Origin: Desulfobacterales bacterium
GTDB taxonomy: Bacteria > Desulfobacterota > Desulfobacteria > Desulfobacterales > SURF-7
NCBI GenBank assembly: GCA_046484745.1
Contig: JAWOIJ010000090.1
Span: forward strand, 42,877 to 106,876
DNA: 64,000 nucleotides
Reading direction: 5' to 3'
A program made the translations under genes and the position numbers. Below the pieces are notes generated by a model, which was given only the letters and a program-made list of their open reading frames with translations, had not been told where the DNA came from and searched no databases. Shown piece by piece: positions 36,715-45,721 of this stretch. How positions within the stretch are numbered: the first letter of the stretch is position 1; each line of letters starts with the position of its first letter.

Positions 36715-37026
36715 TCAGGTCAATCCTGGGATGTTTAATCCTCCGGTCAGTTTTCCCATTTCCTGGGAAACCATCTCCTGTGATTTTGCGAGGGCATCAT
36801 TGATTGCAGCCATAATCAGATCCTGCAGCATTTCAACATCTTCAGGATCGACAACCTCTTTTTCAATGGTAATTGAAACAATTTGCTGTCGGCCGTTTGC
36901 AACAGCCTTAACCATCCCGCCGCCTGCGGTCGCTTCTGCTGTTTTATCCCCTAACTCTTCCTGCATTTTCATCATTTTGGCCTGAAGCTTCTGGGCCTGT
37001 TTCATCATGTTTCCCATACCCTTCAT
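36715..37026 (-). CDS. ybaB: YbaB/EbfC nucleoid-associated protein
   Basis: '[18 protein letters not shown]...[20 protein letters not shown]...[19 protein letters not shown]' matches the family. Confidence 0.9.
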   Translation of the reverse strand: MKGMGNMMKQAQKLQAKMMKMQEELGDKTAEATAGGGMVKAVANGRQQIVSITIEKEVVDPEDVEMLQDLIMAAINDALAKSQEMVSQEMGKLTGGLNIPGLT

Positions 37027-37038
37027 AACAATATCCTC

Positions 37039-38784
37039 CTATAGTAATTTAACATCAACGATATTACCGTTAAAAATTTCAATTGCATCGGCAACAAGGG
37101 GATGTCGGACAGCCTCCTCTTTGAAAGAGTTGGACTGGTTGATTTTATTTTTGTGGTCATTCTCTGAATTATTGATGATGATCTCCATGACCAGATCCAT
37201 TTTTTTTTTGAAAAAATCACAGCAGACTTTTATTAGGGATGCCTTTTTTCTCTTTACAAGGCTGACATTGAACTTGCTGTCAGTGATTTTTATAAAAACC
37301 TCTTGATCTGTCAGTTTTGTTAATTCGCAATTAGACAACGGTGATGCCATTGAGGGAATTTGCTTGCAAATTTTGCTTCGCAGTTCCTGCCAAAGCGGTT
37401 TAAGATCGGTTGAACGGTTTCCCGGATGCGCTGCTTTTTCCCTCTTTTTTGTGGTATCTTCCGATAAATATTTTGGATTTTCAGTATGCGCCTTTTCCGC
37501 AGCCTTGGTGCCGGTATCATCGACAAACCGGGTTTCAGGTATTGGCCCCGATTTTTTGCAGTCCCTATCCGGATTTGTTTTCCCGGACATATTGAACTGT
37601 CTGTCATCGGATTCAGCGGAGTGTTCCGATTCGTTGCCTGCAAATTCATTTCTCAGGAGATCCAGTTTTGTGATCAGCGTTTCGATGGGAATGGCTGGTC
37701 TGATTTGAATGATTTTCATTACAGTTACTTCAAGGGCAAGCCGCGGCTGTGATGAAAACCGAATCGTTGATTCTTCCCTGAAAAGGATATCAAGGATTTG
37801 ATTCAGATAGGTTTCCGGGGTCTCTTGGATCTGTTTCCGCATCAATTTGATTTCATGGTCCGGTGTGTTTATCAGGCGGGCTCCTTCTGCATCTATCTTT
37901 AACACAAGAAGATTCCTGAAATGTTCAATAAGTTCCGCATACAGCTTTTTAAGGTCCTGGCCGTGTTCATATATATTGCCAAGAATATCCAGGAATCCGG
38001 GGATATTTTTTTCAAGTATGGCTGTTGAAATCTCAAAAATGTTTTTTCTGTCCGTTACGCCAAGAATATCCGGGACAATTTCAGGATTAACGATATCCTT
38101 TGAACAGGCAAGGACCTGATCGAGCAGGCTCAGCGCATCTCTCATGCATCCGCCTGCTTCCCGCGCGATGAGGGTTAAACTTTCTTCCGCTATTTGCAGC
38201 CCTTCTTTTGTACAGAGCGAAACCATATGATTTTTAATGGTTTCAAGATCGATGCGTTTGAGATCATGCCTCTGGCAACGAGACAGAATGGTTACCGGTA
38301 TTTTATGGGGTTCGGTAGTGGCAAAGAAAAACATAACGTGGGCCGGAGGCTCTTCCAGTGTTTTCAGGAGAGCGTTAAAGGCCGCAATGCTGAGCATGTG
38401 CACTTCATCGATGATGTAAATTTTGTAGGGACTGTGCTGAGGCATATATTTAACGTTTTCACGCAGGTCTCTTACCTGGTCAACGCTGTTGTTTGATGCT
38501 CCGTCTATTTCAAAAACATCCGCAGCATTTCCTGAAGTGATTTCCCTGCACGATCTGCATGTGTTGCATGGTGTTTTTGATGGGCCTTCATTGCAGTTCA
38601 TCGCCTTTGCCAGAATGCGTGCAATCGTGGTTTTTCCGGTTCCCCTGGGCCCTGAAAAAAGGATGGCATGAGCCATGCGCCCTGCGGAGATCGCATTGCC
38701 AAGCGTTCTGGTAACATGATCCTGGCTGATAACCTGCTCAAAGGTCTGTGGCCGATATTTTCGCGCTAAAACAAGATAAGCCAT
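37039..38784 (-). CDS. dnaX: DNA polymerase III subunit gamma/tau
   Basis: 'LARKYRPQTF', the Walker A 'GPRGTGKTT', the zinc module 'CNEGPSKTPCNTCRSCREI', 'IIDEVHML' and 'SRCQRH' match DnaX. The start was set at ATG 38784; the track start at 38793 is a TTG. Confidence 0.9.
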   Translation of the reverse strand: MAYLVLARKYRPQTFEQVISQDHVTRTLGNAISAGRMAHAILFSGPRGTGKTTIARILAKAMNCNEGPSKTPCNTCRSCREITSGNAADVFEIDGASNNSVDQVRDLRENVKYMPQHSPYKIYIIDEVHMLSIAAFNALLKTLEEPPAHVMFFFATTEPHKIPVTILSRCQRHDLKRIDLETIKNHMVSLCTKEGLQIAEESLTLIAREAGGCMRDALSLLDQVLACSKDIVNPEIVPDILGVTDRKNIFEISTAILEKNIPGFLDILGNIYEHGQDLKKLYAELIEHFRNLLVLKIDAEGARLINTPDHEIKLMRKQIQETPETYLNQILDILFREESTIRFSSQPRLALEVTVMKIIQIRPAIPIETLITKLDLLRNEFAGNESEHSAESDDRQFNMSGKTNPDRDCKKSGPIPETRFVDDTGTKAAEKAHTENPKYLSEDTTKKREKAAHPGNRSTDLKPLWQELRSKICKQIPSMASPLSNCELTKLTDQEVFIKITDSKFNVSLVKRKKASLIKVCCDFFKKKMDLVMEIIINNSENDHKNKINQSNSFKEEAVRHPLVADAIEIFNGNIVDVKLL

Positions 38785-38816
38785 GAATAACAACCTGAAA
38801 ATATATTATCTAACTA

Positions 38817-38907
38817 TGGCGGAGAGAGAGGGATTCGAACCCTCGGTGCCTGTTACAGCACACACGATTTCCAGTCGTGCACCTTCGGCCAGCTCGGTCA
38901 TCTCTCC
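38817..38907 (-). tRNA. tRNA-Ser (anticodon GGA), CCA encoded
   Basis: It folds by hand into a cloverleaf. The acceptor is GGAGAGA/TCTCTCC and the anticodon stem-loop is CACGA-CTGGAAA-TCGTG. It has a long variable arm and the T-arm GAGGG-TTCGAAT-CCCTC. Confidence 0.9.
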
Positions 38908-39031
38908 GTAAAAACTGCAGATTGAGGTGAAGTCTGATTCTTTTCGTTTCCGGAAGTATTGCGGTAATAGCTGATCGGATTCAAGGAGCGTGTCCAGACG
39001 ATCCGACTCCCTTTGAAAAGCGTCCTCAATT

Positions 39032-39126
<95 letters not shown>

Positions 39127-39160
39127 TGCATATACCGGTTACCATTGACTGTCGGAGACT

Positions 39161-39189
39161 TCAATATCCTTTTTGCTCTGAGCTGTCAA
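39161..39189 (-). promoter_or_regulatory. Possible sigma70 promoter for the tRNA-Ser pair
   Basis: On the minus strand: TTGACA (39189-39184), a 17-nt spacer, then TATTGA (39166-39161). It lies about 30-35 nt upstream of the first tRNA 5' end. Confidence 0.35.
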
Positions 39190-39344
39190 TGACCTATTTG
39201 TATTGAAATCTCAGAATCCGGACCAGAAACTTTTGCGGGTTTCACCTTGCCCTGAAGTTAAATTAACCTTGAACAATATTATTCTTTTTAGTATCAGTTG
39301 CAAGACTTGATTAACCGGGAAACCGTTATTAAAGGAAAAAACAT

Positions 39345-40673
39345 ATGGCCAAGGTAATCCCTTTCAGGGGTATTCTCTATAATGAGGATAAAATAGGCGA
39401 TTTTTCGAAAGTGGTAACCCCCCCTTATGATGTAATCTCTCCGGAAGAGCAGAAACAGTTTTATGATCGACATCCCAACAATGTGATTCGCCTTGATCTG
39501 GGACAAAAAACAGCGAATGACAGTGCGGAAGATAATTCCAATACAAGAGCCGCGGGTTATTTTCAGGACTGGTCTTCCAGGGGAATTCTTTTGCAGGATG
39601 AGAACCCCTGCATCTATTTAACTACCGTAGAATTTTTTATGGGTGATGAAATGGTCACCCGTTACGGGATGATTGCGCTTGTGGGAATTGAACCATTTGA
39701 GAAAAAGATCGTGCTGCCTCATGAGAAAACTTTCAGCAAGGTTAAATCTGAAAGGTTGGATTTAATGAAGGCGTGTCATTCCAATTTCAGCCAGGTATTC
39801 TCGCTGTATTCAGACCGGGAAGGAATTCTGGAGATGCTGAAAAAAGCGGTTTCCGGAATAGAGCCCTTTTTTAATATTCTGGATGATAAAAAACACCGGC
39901 ATAAGATGTGGCGTGTAACCGACCCGGACATTCAGGAACAGGTGACGCAGTTGATGGAAAAGAAGCGGCTTTTCATTGCGGATGGACATCATCGATACGA
40001 AACCGCTCTCAATTATCGGAAATGGCTGTCTCAAGGAGATCCGGATTTTAATGAAGACCATCCTGCCAACTATGTCATGATGTATCTCTGCAGTATGGAA
40101 GATCCCGGACTTGTTGTTCTGCCGGCACACCGAATGCTGTTCAATATCGGGAAAGACATCCTGTCGGAGTTCATTGAAAAGGCCGGCCGTTATTTTGATA
40201 TCACAACCATTCCCGTTGAAAACGGTTTGATAAGAGATGCGCAGAAATCACTTGTTTCCATGCTGGAATCGAATGATTCAAAAAATGCCATCGGTGTCTA
40301 TATGAAAGGGCGCAACGCGTTTTTTCTCATGATTGTAAAACCGGGTGTGATGGAGAATCTTTTTGGCAGCACCCTCCCTGAATCATTGAGGAAGCTTGAT
40401 GTAACGGTGTTGACGCAGCTTGTTTTAATGGAGATTCTTGGGTTTAGTGGGGGCCACCTTGATAATGAGGATCTTATCGCATATTCAAGCAGTACCGACA
40501 AGGCTGTGGATTCGGTTGTCGACGGGAACTGCGATCTATGTTTTATATTGAATTCCACAAAAATCGAGCAGGTAAAAAATATTGCAGAGGCTGGGCAGAT
40601 TATGCCTCGGAAAACAACCTATTTTTATCCAAAGGCAATAACCGGTCAGGTGCTATATCACTTGAAATTTTGA
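39345..40673 (+). CDS. DUF1015 family protein
   Basis: The N-terminal 'VIPFRGILYNEDKIGDFSKVVTPPYDVIS' and 'IADGHHRYETAL' are characteristic of DUF1015. Confidence 0.8.
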   Translation: MAKVIPFRGILYNEDKIGDFSKVVTPPYDVISPEEQKQFYDRHPNNVIRLDLGQKTANDSAEDNSNTRAAGYFQDWSSRGILLQDENPCIYLTTVEFFMGDEMVTRYGMIALVGIEPFEKKIVLPHEKTFSKVKSERLDLMKACHSNFSQVFSLYSDREGILEMLKKAVSGIEPFFNILDDKKHRHKMWRVTDPDIQEQVTQLMEKKRLFIADGHHRYETALNYRKWLSQGDPDFNEDHPANYVMMYLCSMEDPGLVVLPAHRMLFNIGKDILSEFIEKAGRYFDITTIPVENGLIRDAQKSLVSMLESNDSKNAIGVYMKGRNAFFLMIVKPGVMENLFGSTLPESLRKLDVTVLTQLVLMEILGFSGGHLDNEDLIAYSSSTDKAVDSVVDGNCDLCFILNSTKIEQVKNIAEAGQIMPRKTTYFYPKAITGQVLYHLKF

Positions 40674-40706
40674 AATCCTTGATACTCTCCTCGACCGTTG
40701 AATGGT

Positions 40707-41426
40707 TCATGGGGAAAACATCTTTTCCACTTCATCGGTGTACTCTTTGTTTTTGTAGATGATAAGCGGATTTTCGATCGTAATCCCGGATTGACCGCCT
40801 TTTAAGCCTTCCATAAGAATCAGCCTGGCTTCTGTTCCCTGAGCAGAATGAACAGAGCGCATCCTTTTCGGCTCGATACCGGTTTCCCGCATTCCGGCCA
40901 TCAAGTCGATTGTCCGTTCAGCAGGATAAATGATGAAGAACTTTCCTGCTGGTCGAAGTATCCTTCCGGCCGTTTTCAAGAGTTCTTCCAGGTTTATCTT
41001 GATTTCATGGCGAGCCACAGCTCTTTGCAAACAGGGGTTTACCCTTCCGGAAAGAACTTTTCTGTAAGGCGGATTGCTCACAACCCGGTCAACAGGGCCG
41101 GAAATCATGTCAATCGTGATGGATTGCATGTCTTTGTGGATAATCTTAATTTTTTCTTCCAGGAAATTATCGCTTGCATTTTTTTCTGCAAGTTCTGCAA
41201 GAGCCGGTTGTATCTCAACTCCAAAGAAGACGGCCTCCGGATTTCGAATCGCAAGAATTAAAGGGATGATTCCGCAGCCGGTGCCGAGATCGACAACCGT
41301 ATTCTTCGGCCTGACGCTTACAAAGTCTGCAAGAAGAACGGCGTCTATTGAGAAACGGTAACCGGACTTATCTTGCCGGACTTTTATTTTTCCGTTAAAA
41401 AATGTATCAGCCGTGTATCGATTCAT
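40707..41426 (-). CDS. SAM-dependent methyltransferase, tRNA (adenine-N6)-methyltransferase (YfiC/TrmN6)-like
   Basis: It has the SAM motif 'VVDLGTGCGIIPL' and the N6-adenine MTase motif 'VVSNPPY'. The start is uncertain: ATG 41426 or GTG 41435. Confidence 0.7.
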   Translation of the reverse strand: MNRYTADTFFNGKIKVRQDKSGYRFSIDAVLLADFVSVRPKNTVVDLGTGCGIIPLILAIRNPEAVFFGVEIQPALAELAEKNASDNFLEEKIKIIHKDMQSITIDMISGPVDRVVSNPPYRKVLSGRVNPCLQRAVARHEIKINLEELLKTAGRILRPAGKFFIIYPAERTIDLMAGMRETGIEPKRMRSVHSAQGTEARLILMEGLKGGQSGITIENPLIIYKNKEYTDEVEKMFSP

Positions 41427-41451
41427 TGACAGCACAGGAAGCCGGTGGGGG

Positions 41452-41766
41452 CTACATCGATCCTATTTTGAATTTGATCTCCTGAACCAGTTCTTTGCCA
41501 AGAGCTGAATTCAGTTTTTGGATGATATCTTTTTTCAAAAATTGAAGCTGCTGCATCCAGGGAGAGCTTGCAACCTGAACCACAAGGAGTTGGCCTTTAA
41601 ATGCAGCAGGTCGGGCGTTTTCCGCAATGGTCATTCCCATTGTTTTATCCCAAAGTGCCCATATACGTGTCATGTCAGAGTCGGGTCTCTCCTTTCGGCA
41701 CTGATTCAGGACATCGTTGATAACCGTGCCGATATGGGAAAGGTTCTGTTTATTTTGTGTTTTCAT
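41452..41766 (-). CDS. DUF721 (DciA-like) protein
   Basis: 'IWALWDKTMGMTIAENARPAAFKGQLLVVQVASSPWMQQLQFLKKDIIQKLN' fits the DUF721 pattern. The start was moved to the internal ATG at 41766 ('MKTQNKQN'); the upstream extension looks non-coding. Confidence 0.6.
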   Translation of the reverse strand: MKTQNKQNLSHIGTVINDVLNQCRKERPDSDMTRIWALWDKTMGMTIAENARPAAFKGQLLVVQVASSPWMQQLQFLKKDIIQKLNSALGKELVQEIKFKIGSM

Positions 41767-42245
41767 AAAATTTTTCAATTCCTGAAACAGGTTGCGAAAA
41801 GTCGCGTGCTGCCGGTATCGGGTTCCATAAAACCCAATAATCTGAAAACTGTCAATGAAAAAGCATGCAGGGAATATCAAATAGAGGGACTGTAAGTCAA
41901 CAGACAGATTTTTCCAATTTGGAATCTTTTCTAGTTGTCTTTGTTTTTTTTGGAGAGGCGATCGCTGATCAGCCCATAACTTTTGAAATTCAGGGTTTTT
42001 TACTTGACTTGAATACCGATGTAATTTAAAAATAAAACTTCATCATAAAAAAATTCGGATGAGACAACAGCGATAAAATCTCAGACGGATATTGCCTTAC
42101 CGCATATTTTTATCACCATGGCTGGAAAAGGAGAAAAAAAGGATTCAACGCTTTTCTCCGAAGCTTCAGAAAAGAAATCAGAAAGGTTGGGATTTCGGCC
42201 AGAAAACGGCAAAAACAATTTGAGAAGGAACAACAGGAAAAAGAT

Positions 42246-43295
42246 ATGAGTTGGGACTGGGAAAAACTTCAGCAGAAAAATCGTCAGCACCGGCAACAGG
42301 GCCAGGGTGGTGGCGTACCGCCTCAAATGGATGACTTAATGGAAAAAATAAAAGGCTTTAAGTTTTCCGGAGGGCCGGTAATCGTCATTCTGGTTGCAGC
42401 GGCAATTTTTCTTGCAACCTCCATGGTATACACGGTGGGAGTTGATGAGGTCGGAATTGTTCAATTTTTTGGGAAATATGTCCGGACCACCGCTCCCGGG
42501 CTGCATTTCAAACTACCGGCCGGCATTGAAAAAGTTACCAAGGTAAGAGTCAGGCATGTTTATAAAGAGGAGTTCGGATTCAAATCCGTCAGGACATCTC
42601 GCGCCAAGTTCGCATTGGAAAACGAAAATCTCAATGAGGCCCTTATGCTGACCGGTGATTTAAACGTGGCTCTTGTCCCATGGATCGTTCAGTACAAGAT
42701 CAAGGATCCGTATAATTATCTTTTCAAGGTCCACGATGTGATCCGTATCCTGAGGGATATGTCCGAAGCCGCGATGCGGCAGGTGGTTGGAGACAGGAGT
42801 ATCTCTGAGGTCATAAGCAAAAGGGAAGAGATCGCCATTGAAGCCCGCGAAGTTCTCCAGAAGGAACTGGATCATGCGGAAACAGGCATCCTGATTACCA
42901 CGATTGAAATGAAAAAGACGAATGTTCCCGGACCTGTTCAGCCGGCATTCAATGAGGTTAATCAGGCAACCCAGGAAAAGGAAAAATTTATTTATCAGGC
43001 AAAAGAGGATTACAACAAAGCAATTCCGGCCGCAAGGGGAGAGGCGGAACGTACAATCAGGACTGCGGAGGGGTATGCTCTGGATCGAATAAACCGGGCG
43101 GAAGGTGACGCGGGAAGATTTATCGCTCTCTATGATGAATATGCGAAGGCAAAGGATATAACCAGGCGTCGGATCTACCTTGAAAACCTGAAAGAGATTC
43201 TTCCGAAACTGGGACAGAAATATATCATCGATTCAGATCAGAAGAATGTCCTGCCTTTATTAAACTTAGGAAAGCAAAGTGGTGTCATAAAATGA
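42246..43295 (+). CDS. hflK: FtsH protease modulator HflK (SPFH/band-7)
   Basis: It has a Gln/Gly-rich N-terminus, one TM segment and an SPFH domain ('VGVDEVGIVQFFGKY...GLHFKLP'). It is followed by hflC with a 4-nt overlap. Confidence 0.9.
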   Translation: MSWDWEKLQQKNRQHRQQGQGGGVPPQMDDLMEKIKGFKFSGGPVIVILVAAAIFLATSMVYTVGVDEVGIVQFFGKYVRTTAPGLHFKLPAGIEKVTKVRVRHVYKEEFGFKSVRTSRAKFALENENLNEALMLTGDLNVALVPWIVQYKIKDPYNYLFKVHDVIRILRDMSEAAMRQVVGDRSISEVISKREEIAIEAREVLQKELDHAETGILITTIEMKKTNVPGPVQPAFNEVNQATQEKEKFIYQAKEDYNKAIPAARGEAERTIRTAEGYALDRINRAEGDAGRFIALYDEYAKAKDITRRRIYLENLKEILPKLGQKYIIDSDQKNVLPLLNLGKQSGVIK

Positions 43296-44254
43296 AATCA
43301 AGCAATGTTATCATAGCCCTTATCGTTATTATTGGTGTCGCGTTCTATGCCTCGGCTTTTGTTGTCGATGAAACGGAACAGGTTGTCGTTACTCGTTTCG
43401 GGAAGGTTATGGGGGATCCAAAAACCGAACCGGGACTCAATTTTAAAATCCCGGTTTTTGATATTGCGAATTATTTTCCAAAAAATCTGCAGCAGTGGGA
43501 CGGAGAATCCGGGCAGGTTCCCACGCTTGATAAAACTTACATCTGGGTGGACACCTTTGCCCGATGGAGAATCATCGATCCGGTTAAATTTTTTCAGACG
43601 GTAGGGAATACCACCAACGCGATGGGGCGGTTGGATGATATCATTGATTCGGCCGCAAGAAATTTTATCACTTCCTATCCGCTGATTGAGAGTGTGCGTC
43701 AGGGGAACAGGAAGCTGGTTTTTGATGTGGATGGAAAAGATGATGTCATGATCCAGATGGATGTAAAAAGTCCGGCCGCATCCTATGTAATTAAATTCGG
43801 AAGGGGGAGAATTACACAGGGAATTAAGGATCAGGCGCAGCCCAAGCTTTTTGAGTTTGGAATTGAACTGGTGGATGTTAAGCTTAAACGGATAAATTAT
43901 GTTGAAGAAGTCAGGAGTACCGTTTATGAACGAATGATCGCAGAGAGAAAACAAATGGCAGAAAAATTCCGTTCCGAAGGCCGCGGAGAAGCCAGGAAAT
44001 GGTTGGGCAAGAAAGAAAAAGATTTGAAAAAAATTACCTCGGAAGCTTACAAAAAAGCTCAGGAGATAAAAGGAAAGGCTGATGCCTCTGTCACGAAGAC
44101 ACTTGCCCAGGCATATGGAAAAGACCCTGAATTTTATTCCTTCATTAAAACACTTGAGACTTACGACAACACATTCGATGATAAAAGTTCCATCGTGCTT
44201 TCAACAGACTCGGAGTTTTTTAAGTATCTGAAGGGGTATTCCGGTAAACCATAG
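43292..44254 (+). CDS. hflC: FtsH protease modulator HflC (SPFH/band-7)
   Basis: It has an N-terminal TM segment, then 'FVVDETEQVVVTRFGKV...GLNFKIP' and 'GIELVDVKLKRINY'. Confidence 0.9.
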   Translation: MKSSNVIIALIVIIGVAFYASAFVVDETEQVVVTRFGKVMGDPKTEPGLNFKIPVFDIANYFPKNLQQWDGESGQVPTLDKTYIWVDTFARWRIIDPVKFFQTVGNTTNAMGRLDDIIDSAARNFITSYPLIESVRQGNRKLVFDVDGKDDVMIQMDVKSPAASYVIKFGRGRITQGIKDQAQPKLFEFGIELVDVKLKRINYVEEVRSTVYERMIAERKQMAEKFRSEGRGEARKWLGKKEKDLKKITSEAYKKAQEIKGKADASVTKTLAQAYGKDPEFYSFIKTLETYDNTFDDKSSIVLSTDSEFFKYLKGYSGKP

Positions 44255-44320
44255 TAAGTATTGAAAAAAATAACCGCCACGATAGATTCCGGCAACGTGT
44301 CACAGGCGTTTTTCCAACAC

Positions 44321-44367
44321 AAAAAGCAGAAGAAGCACCCGTAAGTCAGGTGCTTCTTCTGCTTTAT
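44321..44367. terminator. Bidirectional intrinsic terminator shared by hflC (+) and the bS22-like gene (-)
   Basis: A perfect 15-bp stem, AGCAGAAGAAGCACC (44325-44339) with GGTGCTTCTTCTGCT (44349-44363), has a 9-nt loop. It is flanked by A4 and TTT. Confidence 0.7.
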
Positions 44368-44389
44368 AAACTTTCAAATAGAGATGGTC

Positions 44390-44488
44390 TTATTTGCCTT
44401 TTCTTCTTTGATGCCGTGTACGGGCTAGAAGCTTTCGGTGTTTGTGCTTGCGCATTTTCTTTCTTCGTTTTTTAATTACACTACCCAA
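44390..44488 (-). CDS. 32-aa arginine/lysine-rich protein resembling ribosomal protein bS22 (AURKAIP1/COX24-domain family); not in the ORF track
   Basis: The minus-strand translation is 'MGSVIKKRRKKMRKHKHRKLLARTRHQRRKGK'. It has a TTG start at 44488, preceded by GGAGGTG with a 5-nt spacer, and a TAA stop at 44392-44390. A terminator lies immediately downstream. The sequence closely matches my recollection of actinobacterial bS22 ('MGSVIKKRRKRM.KKKHRKLL.RTR.QRR'). Confidence 0.7.
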   Translation of the reverse strand: MGSVIKKRRKKMRKHKHRKLLARTRHQRRKGK

Positions 44489-44655
44489 CAGACCACCTCC
44501 AATCTTGACGAATCATCATTTTTTATATTAAAAACCAATAATAATTATTTTATATATTAACAAGTGACAATAACATCAATTCAATTTATTTGTCCACCCT
44601 TTTTTTAATACCATGATGATGAATCGAAAAAAAAGCATGTTTCAGAGTTTTAAAA

Positions 44656-45183
44656 ATGAAAAAATTTAGTCCGGACCAGATCAAAACGGTAAATGATGCC
44701 GTGGCAATATCAGAAGAGGTTGTATGTAATTTTTATAAAATGTCCGCGAATCAGTGGTTGAGGCACCGGTATGATGTTAAAACCCTGGTTGATCTTGCTG
44801 ACAGTGAAATCATTCACGGACCCTTTGCTCAGATTATCCGTTACAAGGGCCGGCCGAAAGAGACAACGCTTGGTTCCTCTACATATGATTTTTACAAGAT
44901 TTGTATTCAGGACCATGCAATTATTGCTGCGTTGAACCGATCATCCGCCCTGAAGCTTTTTCCTTTTGCATTGTATATCATCACCCATGAATTGGTACAT
45001 ATTGTAAGGTTTGCCAAATTTCTGATCGGATTTGAAGTATCAGACGAAGAAAAATTGAAAGAAGAGTCAACGGTTCATGAAAAAACCCATGAGATCCTGA
45101 GCCCGTTGCAGGTAACCGGTATGAAAAATGCGTTCGAATTTTATGAAAATTGGCGTAAGCCCTTAGAAGGAATGCGTATTTGA
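44656..45183 (+). CDS. Hypothetical protein with an HExxH motif
   Basis: A 175-aa soluble ORF containing 'YIITHELVHIVRF' and, about 30 residues later, 'VHEKTHE'. I do not recognise a named family. Confidence 0.4.
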   Translation: MKKFSPDQIKTVNDAVAISEEVVCNFYKMSANQWLRHRYDVKTLVDLADSEIIHGPFAQIIRYKGRPKETTLGSSTYDFYKICIQDHAIIAALNRSSALKLFPFALYIITHELVHIVRFAKFLIGFEVSDEEKLKEESTVHEKTHEILSPLQVTGMKNAFEFYENWRKPLEGMRI

Positions 45184-45210
45184 TTATCAAAAAAACTGAT
45201 TTCAGGGTGC

Positions 45211-45238
45211 TTGACAAACTTAAATCACTGACTATATT
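45211..45238 (+). promoter_or_regulatory. Sigma70-type promoter upstream of the FmdB-like gene
   Basis: TTGACA (45211-45216), a 16-nt spacer, then TATATT (45233-45238). Confidence 0.45.
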
Positions 45239-45316
45239 AGTTCAGATTTAAATGGGTAACAGAAACCGATCCCTCAAGTTCTGGTTTGCAGGAACCTTGC
45301 CCCAGGAGAGTAAAAG

Positions 45317-45589
45317 ATGCCGATTTATGAATATGAATGTATCGAATGCGGAAACCACGAAGAGATAATTCAGAAGTTTTCGGATAAACCGATTACCAAA
45401 TGCGCCCGCTGCTCTGGAAAATTACAGAAACTGATTTCTCAAAGCGCTTTTCATCTAAAAGGATCAGGCTGGTACGTGACCGATTACTCAAAGAGAGCAG
45501 AGAAACCCGCATCCTCTTCTGAAAATGATAGTTCAACATCCAAAGAAACAAAGAAAACCAAAAAAAAAGATGACAAGTCTTCTGATTGA
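45317..45589 (+). CDS. FmdB-family zinc-ribbon protein with a Ser/Lys-rich tail
   Basis: 'MPIYEYECIECGNHEEIIQKFSDKPITKCARCSGKLQKLIS' is the canonical FmdB CxxC...CxxC signature. Confidence 0.8.
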   Translation: MPIYEYECIECGNHEEIIQKFSDKPITKCARCSGKLQKLISQSAFHLKGSGWYVTDYSKRAEKPASSSENDSSTSKETKKTKKKDDKSSD

Positions 45590-45721
45590 TTCAAAAAACT
45601 ATCTATAGCAGAAGAGATTTTTTCGTTTTTATCAACGGCCTGATTCAGGTTCAAAAAGCCGGGTTTGACAGGATAAGGGGTTCATAGAACTTTCGGGTTT
45701 TCAAGACCTGTACATATAATT

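Noticed and set aside
42118-42249. A 43-codon ORF ('MAGKGEKKDSTLFSEASEKK...') ends in an ATGA overlap with the hflK start. It could be a leader peptide.
   Set aside because: No Shine-Dalgarno lies upstream, the translation is low-complexity Lys/Glu/Asn-rich as expected from A-rich DNA, and I know of no precedent. Ribo-seq would be needed to revive it.
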